From Candidatus Microgenomates bacterium (lineage in GTDB: Bacteria > Patescibacteriota > Microgenomatia > Daviesbacterales > UBA10151): DNA of 64,000 nt. The translations under genes were made by a program, and so were the position numbers. The DNA is taken from the NCBI GenBank assembly GCA_016182045.1, contig JACOYE010000007.1, positions 98,121 to 162,120 on the forward strand. Reading direction: 5' to 3'. This document shows positions 8,362 to 17,988 of this stretch, one piece after another. The notes under the pieces are model-generated. The model saw only the letters and a list, made by a program, of their open reading frames with translations. It ran no database searches and had not been told where the DNA came from. Within the stretch, counting starts at the first letter, position 1. The number at the start of each line of letters is the position of its first letter.

Positions 8362-8484
8362 TAATGTACGCTCGTTATTTTACCATTCCCCAAAACCTAA
8401 ATCCAGAGCAAAGAGACCACAACTTAATCTTATAATTTGTAAGAATTAATCTTATTTTAATCCTCATAAGCTATATTCCTCAGC

Positions 8485-9396
8485 ATGGTTAGTTTGAGAA
8501 AATTGGCTTCTTATCAAAAACATGTCTTCTTTTCTGCTCTTCTTATCATGGGTATCATTTTAGGTAGTTTTTTAGATGGTAGATTAACAGCAGTTAAAGC
8601 AAATCCTGAATCTAAAACTTTTGAAATTAAGCTTAGACAATTTGTGAAGGAGCGAACTAATCAACAAGTCAGTCATATATCAATCTATTTCCTTGATCTG
8701 AATAATAACTTTGATGCTGGAGTCAATGAGAAGTTTGAATATGACATTGCCAGTTTAGTTAAACTACCTACAATGATGGCTTTATTTAAAAAAGCCCAGT
8801 CAGATCCTCAATTTCTCAGTAAGACCATAATTTATTATAGAAAGTCCTCAGATAATTTAAGACAAAATATGGCACCAGCAAAAGAATTAGAAAATGAGAC
8901 AGTCCTAACCGTGGGGGAGTTAATTGACAGGATGATCGTTTTTTCAGATAACCAAGCTTACAATCTGCTTTTGGCAAATATTGATGACGATATTGTTAGA
9001 AAGGCATTCAAAGATTTAGGGATTGATTTGCCTGATCAGGAAAACGCACAAATGTATATGTCAGCAGAAAAATATGCCACAGCTTTTTTAAAAGTCTTAT
9101 TTAACGGGTCATATTTAAATAAAGAGATGTCTGAAAAAGCTTTAGGACTATTAATGCGGACTAACTTCAAAGATGGCCTAACGCCAGGCTTACCTACCTC
9201 AATTAAAGTAGCTCATAAATTTGGAGAGCGCTCTTGGGATAAAATTTCCACCAAACAGTTACATGATTGCGGGATCATTTATTACCCAAATCATCCTTAC
9301 TTACTTTGTGTAATGACCAGAGGAAATAGTTTTGAGGCTCAAAGTCAGATTATCAAAGATCTTTCCGAGATAGTTTATAACTTGATAAAAACTTAA
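8485..9396 (+). CDS. class A beta-lactamase-family serine hydrolase (PBP-like)
   Basis: SLVK (SxxK), SDN, KFG(E) motif triad in the expected order; N-terminal TM/signal. Confidence 0.55.
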   Translation: MVSLRKLASYQKHVFFSALLIMGIILGSFLDGRLTAVKANPESKTFEIKLRQFVKERTNQQVSHISIYFLDLNNNFDAGVNEKFEYDIASLVKLPTMMALFKKAQSDPQFLSKTIIYYRKSSDNLRQNMAPAKELENETVLTVGELIDRMIVFSDNQAYNLLLANIDDDIVRKAFKDLGIDLPDQENAQMYMSAEKYATAFLKVLFNGSYLNKEMSEKALGLLMRTNFKDGLTPGLPTSIKVAHKFGERSWDKISTKQLHDCGIIYYPNHPYLLCVMTRGNSFEAQSQIIKDLSEIVYNLIKT

Positions 9397-11329
9397 TAGT
9401 ATTCTCCCGCTCTTTTAAAGCCAATTTAGCTCCTGCCTCAATTTTTCCTAATAGACGATCAGCCAGTGTATAATCTGAGACAACTGAACATTGCTTTAAA
9501 GATTTTTTAGCTAGCTTCGTATTTTTAAGTATTCGATGACTGACTTTTACTATGATCTTATACCAAAAAATCTGCTGTAATTTAGGAATTATGGAAGATA
9601 CAGAGACAGCAGTTCTGATTGGGTATTCTTTTAAAAGGAGTGCTCCTACTGCGTTAATATGACCCATCCTTAAGTCTTTTTCCCAATCATGAGCGTCATC
9701 ATTTAGTTGTCTGGCTATTAAATAATGTTTGAAAAATTCAAATAAGCTTTTGACCTCTTTAGACTTTGCTGAGAAACCTAAGGCGAAAAGGGTGGCTATG
9801 GGTGTTAAACTGTGACCTAAGGAGCGCTCCTCCAATTTTTCCAAATTACCGTAATCGGGAATTTTAAAATCTTTTAAATTAATTTTCCCTCCTGAAATTT
9901 TTACTCGGCAATGGCTTACCTCCCAAGTATTAGCATTTTCCAATTTGTCCATCACTTTCTTAAAAAACTGATTAAACTTTGTATCGGGCAAAAGATTGGT
10001 CAGGATAGTAATCAGTTCCCGCAAAGCCAAATTGGCAACTGACAACTTTTCCACAGTTCCCTCGTCGTCTAAAAAATTATCATAAATAGTGTAAGAGAGC
10101 CAGCCATACAGATTAGCCATGCCCAGCTGAATAATCAGCTCATCTGAAACCTTTTCTTCGTCAACTTTCATAGCCAGCTTAAAATAGTAAGGTAGTAAGA
10201 CCACCTGTTTTTTATTTTCTTTATTAAGAGTATTCTCCAAGCTATCTAGAGCTTGATTTTGCAAATCTTTATCCAAACTTACAAGTCTTAATCTGATCCG
10301 CTCCATAATTGCACCATAAATTGAATCCTCTTTGTTAAGGATGTTTCTCTTTACAGGGAAATGTTGCTTTAAAAAATCATCAAGATATTTTTGCAGTGAT
10401 TCCAGACAAAAGGCGGTGGTGAGGACAGGAGAACCTGAATAATGTTTTTTCCCTGATAAGGCAGGGTCAAGACAAAAAGCAAATGCATCCCAATCCCCAT
10501 TTAAATTTTGTTGGGAGAGCAAATAATCTATGATTGGAGTAAGTTGTTGGAAGGAAATACCCAGGTAAAGAAGTGCAGATGTGGCTAAAGCAGTATCTAA
10601 AGGATTCTCCCACCTTCCTTCCTGCTGCTTTCTGAAAAGTAGCTTTCTTAGATTGCTTGAATATCTTTTGTTTTGTCCACTGAAGCGGGCAATAAAATAA
10701 ACAAGCGGATAAATACTGGGATAATAAGGAGACTCTAGTTGTTTAATCTTCGAGGCAATAAATTTATTCAAGTTGGGTAGGGAAATATCCTGCAATGAAA
10801 GAAAGTAGGCAATGTTAGAATTGACAGCCAGATCAACATCTTTCCAAATATCATCGGCATCAGCTGGTACCAACCAAGTACGATATGGTCCCCCTGTGGC
10901 AATTTCCGTGTATGTCAGTAAATTCACCACGTCTGCCAAAACTTCCCCATCTATCAAGTTTTGATTAAATCCAAAAAATGCTGAAAGGGCACAAAAAGTG
11001 TCATCTAGATCATCCGGGTAGGGCATCAATTTTGCCTCTTTAGAACCTCTCGCCCAATAATTAAATGACCAGGTTTGACTTTTTTGACTGAGTAAAAATG
11101 ATGCGCACTTTTGCTTAATTAGCTTAATCTTATTAGTTTCTTTAAGATTGTTTAAACAGCCTAGAATTAGGCTCGTGGAAAAGACCGAATGAAATTTTAG
11201 TGTCTTATCAAAATTGTGAGGATTAGGTGATGATAAACTTAAAAAACTACCATTTTTCTGTTGTTTCTTGGCAAGATAATTAACTCCATTTTGAATGGCA
11301 TCTCTGACTTGATCTTGGAGAGTTGACAT
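9353..11329 (-). CDS. hypothetical protein with N-terminal prenyltransferase/squalene-cyclase-like alpha/alpha-toroid (QxxxGxW) repeats
   Basis: repeated Q..G(S/W/R)W/F motifs (QQKNGSF, QQEGRWENP, QQNLNGDWD); C-terminal 350 aa unassigned. Confidence 0.35.
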   Translation of the reverse strand: MSTLQDQVRDAIQNGVNYLAKKQQKNGSFLSLSSPNPHNFDKTLKFHSVFSTSLILGCLNNLKETNKIKLIKQKCASFLLSQKSQTWSFNYWARGSKEAKLMPYPDDLDDTFCALSAFFGFNQNLIDGEVLADVVNLLTYTEIATGGPYRTWLVPADADDIWKDVDLAVNSNIAYFLSLQDISLPNLNKFIASKIKQLESPYYPSIYPLVYFIARFSGQNKRYSSNLRKLLFRKQQEGRWENPLDTALATSALLYLGISFQQLTPIIDYLLSQQNLNGDWDAFAFCLDPALSGKKHYSGSPVLTTAFCLESLQKYLDDFLKQHFPVKRNILNKEDSIYGAIMERIRLRLVSLDKDLQNQALDSLENTLNKENKKQVVLLPYYFKLAMKVDEEKVSDELIIQLGMANLYGWLSYTIYDNFLDDEGTVEKLSVANLALRELITILTNLLPDTKFNQFFKKVMDKLENANTWEVSHCRVKISGGKINLKDFKIPDYGNLEKLEERSLGHSLTPIATLFALGFSAKSKEVKSLFEFFKHYLIARQLNDDAHDWEKDLRMGHINAVGALLLKEYPIRTAVSVSSIIPKLQQIFWYKIIVKVSHRILKNTKLAKKSLKQCSVVSDYTLADRLLGKIEAGAKLALKERENTIKFLSSYKLSRKDL

Positions 11330-11333
11330 CTTT

Positions 11334-12752
11334 TTAAGCTTTGGCAGATTTGCTGAGGGGAAATTCCACAGTAAAGGTGGTCCCCTGCCCTACTTTAGTG
11401 TCCACTGAATACTTTCCTTGAAAATCTTTTTCAATGATGTCTTTGCAAATAGATAGTCCAATCCCAGTACCTTTGTCCAAACCTTTGGTGGTAAAAAGAG
11501 GGTCAAATATTTTTGATAAGATTTTTTTATCAATTCCACTGCCCCAATCTTGAATCTCCAGTTTGGCCATACCATTGACTTGACTTAATCTAATCTCCAC
11601 TACCCTCTGCTTTTTTCTTATTCCATCATAAGCATCTATGGCATTGGACACCAAATTGGTGATCAATTGGTTAAATTTAAGAGGGTTAGCAAAAGTTTCA
11701 ATATCACCTTCAGGCTGAAAAACTATCCTGACATGATTTGCTCTGGCTCTGGACCCCAGCATCTGAATAGCCTGAACAATTTCCTCTTTAAGTGAAAACT
11801 TTTGTGAGATAACCTGATCTTGAATCTGCTTTTTGGCACCCTGAATAAAACTTTCCAAACGCTTGGTACCAATGATTGCCCGCTCTAAGGCAAGCTGAGC
11901 ATCAACTAATTTTGGCTGTTTCGTTTGTCTGGTTTGTCTGGTCAGCTTGTTTAAATTTAAGGAGATTAGTGTCAACGGGTTAACTAAATCATGGAACAAA
12001 CCGGAAGCAGAACGTCCAAATTCTGCAAAACGATAGAGTTGGGATATTTTCTCTACCTGAGTCTGTCTTAACTCGTGAGTTCGCTTCTCCACCATAATCT
12101 CCAACTGATCTCTTTGTCTTCTTAAAGCTGCTTCAGATCTCCAAGCCCGTTTGAGTGCTTTTTCGATTTCACGATTTGACAGATAAGAAACGATGGCAAT
12201 AACTCCCAGAGTAATAACATAAACAATTGCATCAGTTATTAAAACAGGTTTAATTTTCCAATCATTATTAGGTTGATATAAATTATTAATTTGTAAATAG
12301 GAAAAAAGCAGTATGCTTAATCCGCTCAAAACAGTTATTATTAGGGCAGATTTGGTACTAATCAAGATTCCAGCCATTACTATAAGTAGTGCGAAAAGCA
12401 ACAATCCTTGACTGAGATCGGGTCCAAAGCGATAATTAACGTATACACCTACCAGATAAAGCAATGCGATAAAAAGGATGGCTGAAATATTACTTTTCCT
12501 AAAACGTGACATTAACAGCAGCAGGCATAAAAAGGTTAGGATCGTACCGGTAATTAAAGGGTTTTCGCTGGTAGATGACCCAGGATAGAGAATAGGATCA
12601 ATCAGATTAATAAAAAATGCCACTCCTGCCAGAATGATTGATCCTAAGAGTAAGATATTTAATATAAACTCTCTTCTAGATTTATCTTTATTAGCAGATT
12701 TGGGTAGTATTAAATAACTCCAAAGAGTTTTCAAAACTCCACGAAATTTCAT
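11334..12752 (-). CDS. sensor histidine kinase (multi-TM sensor + HisKA + HATPase_c)
   Basis: ~6 N-terminal TM helices; H-box FHDLVNPL; G-boxes GTGIGLSICKDIIE. Confidence 0.85.
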   Translation of the reverse strand: MKFRGVLKTLWSYLILPKSANKDKSRREFILNILLLGSIILAGVAFFINLIDPILYPGSSTSENPLITGTILTFLCLLLLMSRFRKSNISAILFIALLYLVGVYVNYRFGPDLSQGLLLFALLIVMAGILISTKSALIITVLSGLSILLFSYLQINNLYQPNNDWKIKPVLITDAIVYVITLGVIAIVSYLSNREIEKALKRAWRSEAALRRQRDQLEIMVEKRTHELRQTQVEKISQLYRFAEFGRSASGLFHDLVNPLTLISLNLNKLTRQTRQTKQPKLVDAQLALERAIIGTKRLESFIQGAKKQIQDQVISQKFSLKEEIVQAIQMLGSRARANHVRIVFQPEGDIETFANPLKFNQLITNLVSNAIDAYDGIRKKQRVVEIRLSQVNGMAKLEIQDWGSGIDKKILSKIFDPLFTTKGLDKGTGIGLSICKDIIEKDFQGKYSVDTKVGQGTTFTVEFPLSKSAKA

Positions 12753-12997
12753 ATACTGATTGCCTAGTATAAATTATTCTCTTAAATTTATACACCACCC
12801 CAAGCCATCATTGAAGATGTATTGCTTAAAACTAAGCTAGTTAATTTTGACTTATTTCTGACAGTTTTATCTGTCAAGAGTTTTCTAAGCGCCACTTTCA
12901 TCTATCTCACCTCCTTTCTTAAGCTTCTAGTTTTAGAGTACAAAGCACTATTGAAACAACGATTTCAATAGTTGGCGTAGTACTCGCAAGCTTGAGG

Positions 12998-13663
12998 CTA
13001 CGCCTCAAGCTTATAACCTAAACCATGAACTGTTTTAATAAGTTTTTTGTTAAATTCACGATCAACATGATCCCTTAAGTATTTAATATGCACATCAACA
13101 GTATTAGTCAGTGGCTCCTCAGTACTATCCCAAACATGCTCCAGTATCATTTCTCTAGAGATCACCCTGCCTACATTTCTAGCCAGATACTCTAACAAAT
13201 AAAGTTCTTTGCGCCTTAGATGAATGACCTTTTGTCCGCGCCTTACCACCCCTTTATCAAGATCAATTGTCAAATCACCCACATTAATTAAATTAGACTG
13301 GATCGGATGAGGACGTCTCAACAAGGCTTTGATTCTGGCTAACAGTTCATCAAAATTAAATGGCTTAGTTAAGTAATCATCAATACCTACATTTAAAGCT
13401 TTAACCTTTTCTGCTACTTCATCTTTACCGGTCAACATTAATATGGGAGTTTTAATATTATTTTCTCTTAACTTTTGACAGATTTCCAAACCACTAATAT
13501 CAGGCAACAGGTAATCTAAAATAATCAGATCATAATCGTTGACTTGCGCTAAAAATTCACCTTCCTCACCAGTTTGTGCTGTTTCAATGATAAAATAGGC
13601 TGTTAACTGATCTTTGAGTGTGTCAACAATCTCCTGATCATCATCCACCACTAATATTTTCAT
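12998..13663 (-). CDS. OmpR-family response regulator
   Basis: REC domain (MKILVVDDD...D at 53) + winged-helix Trans_reg_C (LTNTVDVHIKYLRDHV). Confidence 0.9.
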   Translation of the reverse strand: MKILVVDDDQEIVDTLKDQLTAYFIIETAQTGEEGEFLAQVNDYDLIILDYLLPDISGLEICQKLRENNIKTPILMLTGKDEVAEKVKALNVGIDDYLTKPFNFDELLARIKALLRRPHPIQSNLINVGDLTIDLDKGVVRRGQKVIHLRRKELYLLEYLARNVGRVISREMILEHVWDSTEEPLTNTVDVHIKYLRDHVDREFNKKLIKTVHGLGYKLEA

Positions 13664-13752
13664 AGCGTAATGATATTAAATTATTATTAAAAAAACATTA
13701 AAAAAGTCTTAAACTATTATTTGGGGTGGGTCATGATATAAAATTGCAATTA

Positions 13753-14844
13753 CTATTCCAGATAATCCCTCAATTTCTTAGCCCTAGTTGGATGTTTTAA
13801 TTTTCTGATGGCTTTGGCCTCAATCTGTCTGATTCTTTCCCTGGTTACTCCAAATTCTCTTCCCACCTCTTCCAAAGTTCTTTGTTTACCATCCTCTAAC
13901 CCAAAGCGAAGCTGCAACACCCTTTTTTCTCTGGGAGAGAGTGAATCCAATACCTCATCCAGGTGAATTTTTAAAAGTTCTCTGGTGGCTTGCTCGTCCG
14001 GCTGCAACCCCTGATCAGCAATAAAATCTCCCAGGTGGGAATCTTCCTCATCACCAACAGGTGTTTCCAAAGAGGTTGGTTCTTGTGAAACTTTGATAAT
14101 CTCTCGGGCCTTAATCTCATCTATCCCCAGCTCTTTGGCCACTTCCTCAGGGGTTGGCTCTCTACCCAACTCCTGCATTAACCTTCTTTGAGTCCTGTTA
14201 AAGCGGTTTATGGTTTCCACCATATGAACAGGAATCCTGATGGTTCTGGCTTGATCGGCAATGGCCCGGGTGATGGCCTGTCTAATCCACCAGGTGGCGT
14301 AGGTGGAGAATTTATAACCTCTTCTCCAATCATACTTGTCAACTGCTCTCATCAGTCCAATGTTTCCCTCTTCAATTAAATCCAAAAGGCTCATGCCTCT
14401 GCCCACATATTTTTTGGCAATTGATACCACCAACCTTAAATTGGCAGAAGTCAACTTATCCCTGGCAATCTTAACTCCTTTTTCTGCTTTTTTGGCCAGC
14501 TCTATCTCATCTTGGGCTGTCAAAAGAGGAATTTTGCCAATATCTCTTAAGTATTGTCTAACCGGATCGGTTACTGATCCTTCCTCCAAAGTGGTCAAAA
14601 GTTCCAGCTCTTTTTCTAACTCTGTGGCTGATTTGGAATCTGCTTCCAACTCTTCTGCCGTGGTCTCAAAAACATCTATACCTGTCTCAATCAACTTAAT
14701 ATAAAATAGATCAAGCTCCTCAATGGTTTCCTCTGGCTTGGGAAAAACCTGCAAGATCTCTTCTTGGGTGACAAAACCTCGATTCTTTCCCAGTTTGAGA
14801 AGTTTTTTAACATCCAGTTGTACTTCCTTCTTTTGTTTAGCCAT
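13753..14844 (-). CDS. rpoD: RNA polymerase sigma-70 factor RpoD
   Basis: regions 1.2, 2 ([16 protein letters not shown]), 3, 4 ([23 protein letters not shown]) all present. Confidence 0.9.
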   Translation of the reverse strand: MAKQKKEVQLDVKKLLKLGKNRGFVTQEEILQVFPKPEETIEELDLFYIKLIETGIDVFETTAEELEADSKSATELEKELELLTTLEEGSVTDPVRQYLRDIGKIPLLTAQDEIELAKKAEKGVKIARDKLTSANLRLVVSIAKKYVGRGMSLLDLIEEGNIGLMRAVDKYDWRRGYKFSTYATWWIRQAITRAIADQARTIRIPVHMVETINRFNRTQRRLMQELGREPTPEEVAKELGIDEIKAREIIKVSQEPTSLETPVGDEEDSHLGDFIADQGLQPDEQATRELLKIHLDEVLDSLSPREKRVLQLRFGLEDGKQRTLEEVGREFGVTRERIRQIEAKAIRKLKHPTRAKKLRDYLE

Positions 14845-14881
14845 ATGATTAAGAGTCTAGTCGCTAGAATCTAGACACCAC

Positions 14882-16660
14882 TTATAGATTCTTCAATTTA
14901 ACAGATAGATCCCTAAACCTCCTGTTTAAGATCTCTATCACCTCCATCTTACCAAACTCTTGGGCATTCTTAATTTCATACGATAATTTTTCCAAAGAAG
15001 CCTTAATTAAGGCTTTCTTAAGCTCGGATACCACTCCATTGACCTCTTTCTGCCAATGAGTAGGATCAGAAAGTTTACTATCAATCTCAGTTAAATATAA
15101 CCTATCAACTTCTCCCACCATCTCCTCAGGTAATGTGGAGACAAACTCATTGATACCAAAGGCTTTACTCTTAAAAGAAATTGAGTCCAGGTACAAAACC
15201 AAAAGCACAAATAGATGCCTAAACAACTCTTTTAAGAATAAAGTCTCAGGAAAGGAAGGTACAAAATTGGCCTCAGGTGGGATATGCAGTAGCAACGCCA
15301 TTAAATATTCTTCCAAAAGCTCACGTCTGGTTTTGGTATTAACCACATTATCCTGGGTACTGGTTGGTTTAAAAACTTTGATAAAACTCGATTGAGATTT
15401 TCTTACCCTGTCCACTGCCTCTCTAATCACCTTATCATCTGTTTTGATAAAAGCGGACAACTTTTGAATATAACGCTCTCTCACCAAATCATCGCTAATT
15501 TTTCCCCAAAGAGGAATTAACTCCTCACCAATCTTTTTCAAATCAGCCGCACTTTTAAGATCAAATCTGTTAGAGATGGAGGTTAAATAATAATCGTAGA
15601 TGGGAGTAGCTTCAGTGATGGCTTTTTGCCAAATCTTTGGATCTTCTAAAACTGCTTCTGCAGCATCCTTACCTGCCTCAATTTGGATGACTTTGATATT
15701 TAAACCAGCTTTGTCTGCCAATTCAATCCCTCTTCTTGCAGCTGAATCACCTGCCAAATCCATATCAAAACAAAGGCTGACAGTATCAGTCAGTCTTTTA
15801 ATCAGTTCTATTTGACCTTCGGTTAAAGCAGTGCCTTTTGAGGCCACCACATTCCTGACACCTGACTGAAAAGAAAGTATAGCATCCATCTCTCCCTCCA
15901 CTAAAATGGCCTCTTTTTTGCTTCTGATTTCAGACTTTGAAAGATTAATACCAAAAAGAAAACTGCCTTTATCAAAAATTGGTGTTTGGGGAGTATTGAT
16001 ATATTTGGGTTCGGCAGGAAAAAGGATCCTGCCGGAAAAGCCTCTCAGTTTATCTTTACCATCAATAAGAGGAAAAGTGATCCTGCCTCTGAAACGGTCA
16101 TAAATAGAAGATTTTGAAGGCACTCCCAAACCAGAGGTGATGATTTCCTGATAAGTAAAACCTCTTTTTAATAAAAACTTGGTCAAAGACTCCCAGGAGT
16201 TGGGGGCATAGCCAATGCCAAATTGTTCAATGGAAGAACCACTCACTCCTCTGCTATTTAAATATTTCAAAGCTTTCTTGCCTAAGGTATGCTTTAGCAA
16301 AATATAGTGGAAGAATTCCTGAGCCTTTAAGTTAACCTCAAACAGTCTGTCGCGAAAATCTTTCCTCTCAGCTGATCTTTTTAAAACAACACCGGCTCTT
16401 TTGGCCAAAGCCTCAAGCGCCTCTTTAAACTCCATCCCTTCTTTTTCCATTAGAAAAGTAAAGTGATCTCCGCCCTTTTGGCAACCAAAGCAATGCCAAA
16501 TTTGTCGCTCAGGAGAAACTACAAAAGAGGGGGTTTTCTCGCTATGAAATGGGCAAAGAGCCTTAAAATTTATACCTGCTTTTTTTAAAGGGAGATATTC
16601 TTGTATTAAATCAACAATGTTGATCTTTTGCTTAATCAGTTCTGTTTCGTCCATAGCCAT
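14882..16660 (-). CDS. dnaG: DNA primase DnaG
   Basis: zinc-binding CPFHSEKTPSF...CFGC, Toprim domain; immediately upstream of rpoD (macromolecular synthesis operon order). Confidence 0.9.
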   Translation of the reverse strand: MAMDETELIKQKINIVDLIQEYLPLKKAGINFKALCPFHSEKTPSFVVSPERQIWHCFGCQKGGDHFTFLMEKEGMEFKEALEALAKRAGVVLKRSAERKDFRDRLFEVNLKAQEFFHYILLKHTLGKKALKYLNSRGVSGSSIEQFGIGYAPNSWESLTKFLLKRGFTYQEIITSGLGVPSKSSIYDRFRGRITFPLIDGKDKLRGFSGRILFPAEPKYINTPQTPIFDKGSFLFGINLSKSEIRSKKEAILVEGEMDAILSFQSGVRNVVASKGTALTEGQIELIKRLTDTVSLCFDMDLAGDSAARRGIELADKAGLNIKVIQIEAGKDAAEAVLEDPKIWQKAITEATPIYDYYLTSISNRFDLKSAADLKKIGEELIPLWGKISDDLVRERYIQKLSAFIKTDDKVIREAVDRVRKSQSSFIKVFKPTSTQDNVVNTKTRRELLEEYLMALLLHIPPEANFVPSFPETLFLKELFRHLFVLLVLYLDSISFKSKAFGINEFVSTLPEEMVGEVDRLYLTEIDSKLSDPTHWQKEVNGVVSELKKALIKASLEKLSYEIKNAQEFGKMEVIEILNRRFRDLSVKLKNL

Positions 16661-16676
16661 AACAGTTATCTGGTCG

Positions 16677-16701
16677 CCCCACGTTCAGTTTACATGAACG
16701 T
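16677..16701. repeat. 25-bp palindromic hairpin element CCACGTTCA-GTTTACA-TGAACGTGG (copy 1)
   Basis: second near-identical copy at 44193-44217. Confidence 0.5.
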
Positions 16702-16764
16702 GGAAGCCACTGGAAACTGTTGGGCAAATTATACTCCAAAGAAAGTACGGAAACAAGGGTTGGA

Positions 16765-16853
16765 GGCGGTGGGAGTGGGATTCGAACCCACGATACCTTA
16801 CGGTATACGAGCTTTCCAAGCCCGCGCACTAGGCCAGACTATGCGATCCCACC
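16765..16853 (-). tRNA. tRNA-Ser (anticodon GGA), long variable arm
   Basis: hand-folded: acceptor GGTGGGA/TCCCACC, anticodon loop TTGGAAA, 16-nt variable arm, T arm GTGGG-TTCGAAT-CCCAC. Confidence 0.8.
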
Positions 16854-16950
16854 AGGCTTTTGCAATTATAACCTAAGGTTGTATTCTCATTCCATCGTAA
16901 GCAGGTTGAGCTTTGGGGCAGATTTTTTTGCATCTTAAGGAGCAGGAAGA

Positions 16951-17352
16951 CTATTTTAACATCTCGCGAGCTTTTTTTAAAAGGACTTTGTCCTGAGAAA
17001 AAGTTAATTGTTTTAAAGCATCCTTTACTTCATACCAGCCAGCTTCTTCAACCTCCCAATCATGCAGAGAGGGATCACCTGAAACATATTTCATTAAAAA
17101 ATAAGTAACCACCTTAAAGATTTTCTCTCCATTTAGGATATATACATATTTGGAATAACCAACCTTATCCAAAATTTCAGCTTCCACTCCACCTTCTTCC
17201 CTTACCTCACGAACAGCAGCTTGTTGAGATGTCTGTCCTGGATCAATCAAACCCTTAGGAAAACTCCAATGATGATTTTGAGAATGCTTGGTCAAAAGCA
17301 CTTGACCCTGACTATTGAAAACAATCCCTCCTGCGGAAAATTCACGTTTCAT
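16951..17352 (-). CDS. NUDIX hydrolase
   Basis: Nudix box GLIDPGQTSQQAAVREVREEGGV. Confidence 0.8.
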   Translation of the reverse strand: MKREFSAGGIVFNSQGQVLLTKHSQNHHWSFPKGLIDPGQTSQQAAVREVREEGGVEAEILDKVGYSKYVYILNGEKIFKVVTYFLMKYVSGDPSLHDWEVEEAGWYEVKDALKQLTFSQDKVLLKKAREMLK

Positions 17353-17603
17353 CTGTAAATATCCTTTCTGTTATCCACATCATGAATTACTAAAATTTCA
17401 TCCTCAGCATCAAATGCCACTCTATAATCTCCTATTCTAAATCTGTATTGCCCTAAATCACTACGGGTTAATGGCTCCGCAAAATCCAAGGGGTCTTCCT
17501 GTGTACAAAAATAGTCTAATTTGGCGATAATTCGAATCTGAATTTCTTTGGGTAACTTTTTAAACCTCCTCAGAGAACTTTTAGTAAACTGGTAGTCAAA
17601 CAT
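17349..17603 (-). CDS. RelE/ParE-family toxin
   Basis: 84 aa, YRFRIGDYRVAFDAEDEILVIHDV matches RelE/ParE C-terminal pattern; overlaps antitoxin gene by 1 nt. Confidence 0.65.
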   Translation of the reverse strand: MFDYQFTKSSLRRFKKLPKEIQIRIIAKLDYFCTQEDPLDFAEPLTRSDLGQYRFRIGDYRVAFDAEDEILVIHDVDNRKDIYR

Positions 17604-17884
17604 TATGCTATTCCCAACATCTTCTTAACTTGGGCAGAAGAATATCTGACCTTATCAACTCTTGATTTTGCTATTCTTTTCAAATAGTTTTCAGAAGACA
17701 TTGCTTCCAGATCCTCTAAGAAGGATTCCCAAACGCGATTAGGCACCAATACTCCCACAGGCTTATTGTTTCTCATTACTCTGACAAATTTTCCATTTTT
17801 TTCAGCTTTTTTGAAAACTTTGGTCAAACCTGCCTGGGCTTTTTGGATGCTGGTAAAGTCTTCATTAGCAATCAATTGTGCCAT
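17603..17884 (-). CDS. Phd/YefM-like antitoxin
   Basis: 93-aa partner directly upstream of RelE-like gene. Confidence 0.5.
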   Translation of the reverse strand: MAQLIANEDFTSIQKAQAGLTKVFKKAEKNGKFVRVMRNNKPVGVLVPNRVWESFLEDLEAMSSENYLKRIAKSRVDKVRYSSAQVKKMLGIA

Positions 17885-17917
17885 ATGTAATAATTATTAC
17901 AGAATCCTTACAGAATG

Positions 17918-17970
17918 TCAATGGTTAAAAACAATTCCACCAGCACTAAATTCCCGTTTCATATTTGGAG
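17918..17970. repeat. diverged duplicate of the NUDIX gene 5' end (encodes MKREFSAGGIVFN on minus strand)
   Basis: rc of 17918-17970 = ATGAAACGGGAATTTAGTGCTGGTGGAATTGTTTTTAAC vs real start ATGAAACGTGAATTTTCCGCAGGAGGGATTGTTTTCAAT at 17352. Confidence 0.6.
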
Positions 17971-17988
17971 TAAATTTTATGCTAAACT

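Noticed and set aside
14188-14704. + strand ORFs 14188..14379 and 14336..14704
   Set aside because: Antisense to the highly conserved rpoD coding region.
16628-16938. ORFs overlapping 16628-16938
   Set aside because: Region is occupied by tRNA-Ser(GGA) and the palindromic hairpin; ORFs are spurious translations of tRNA sequence.
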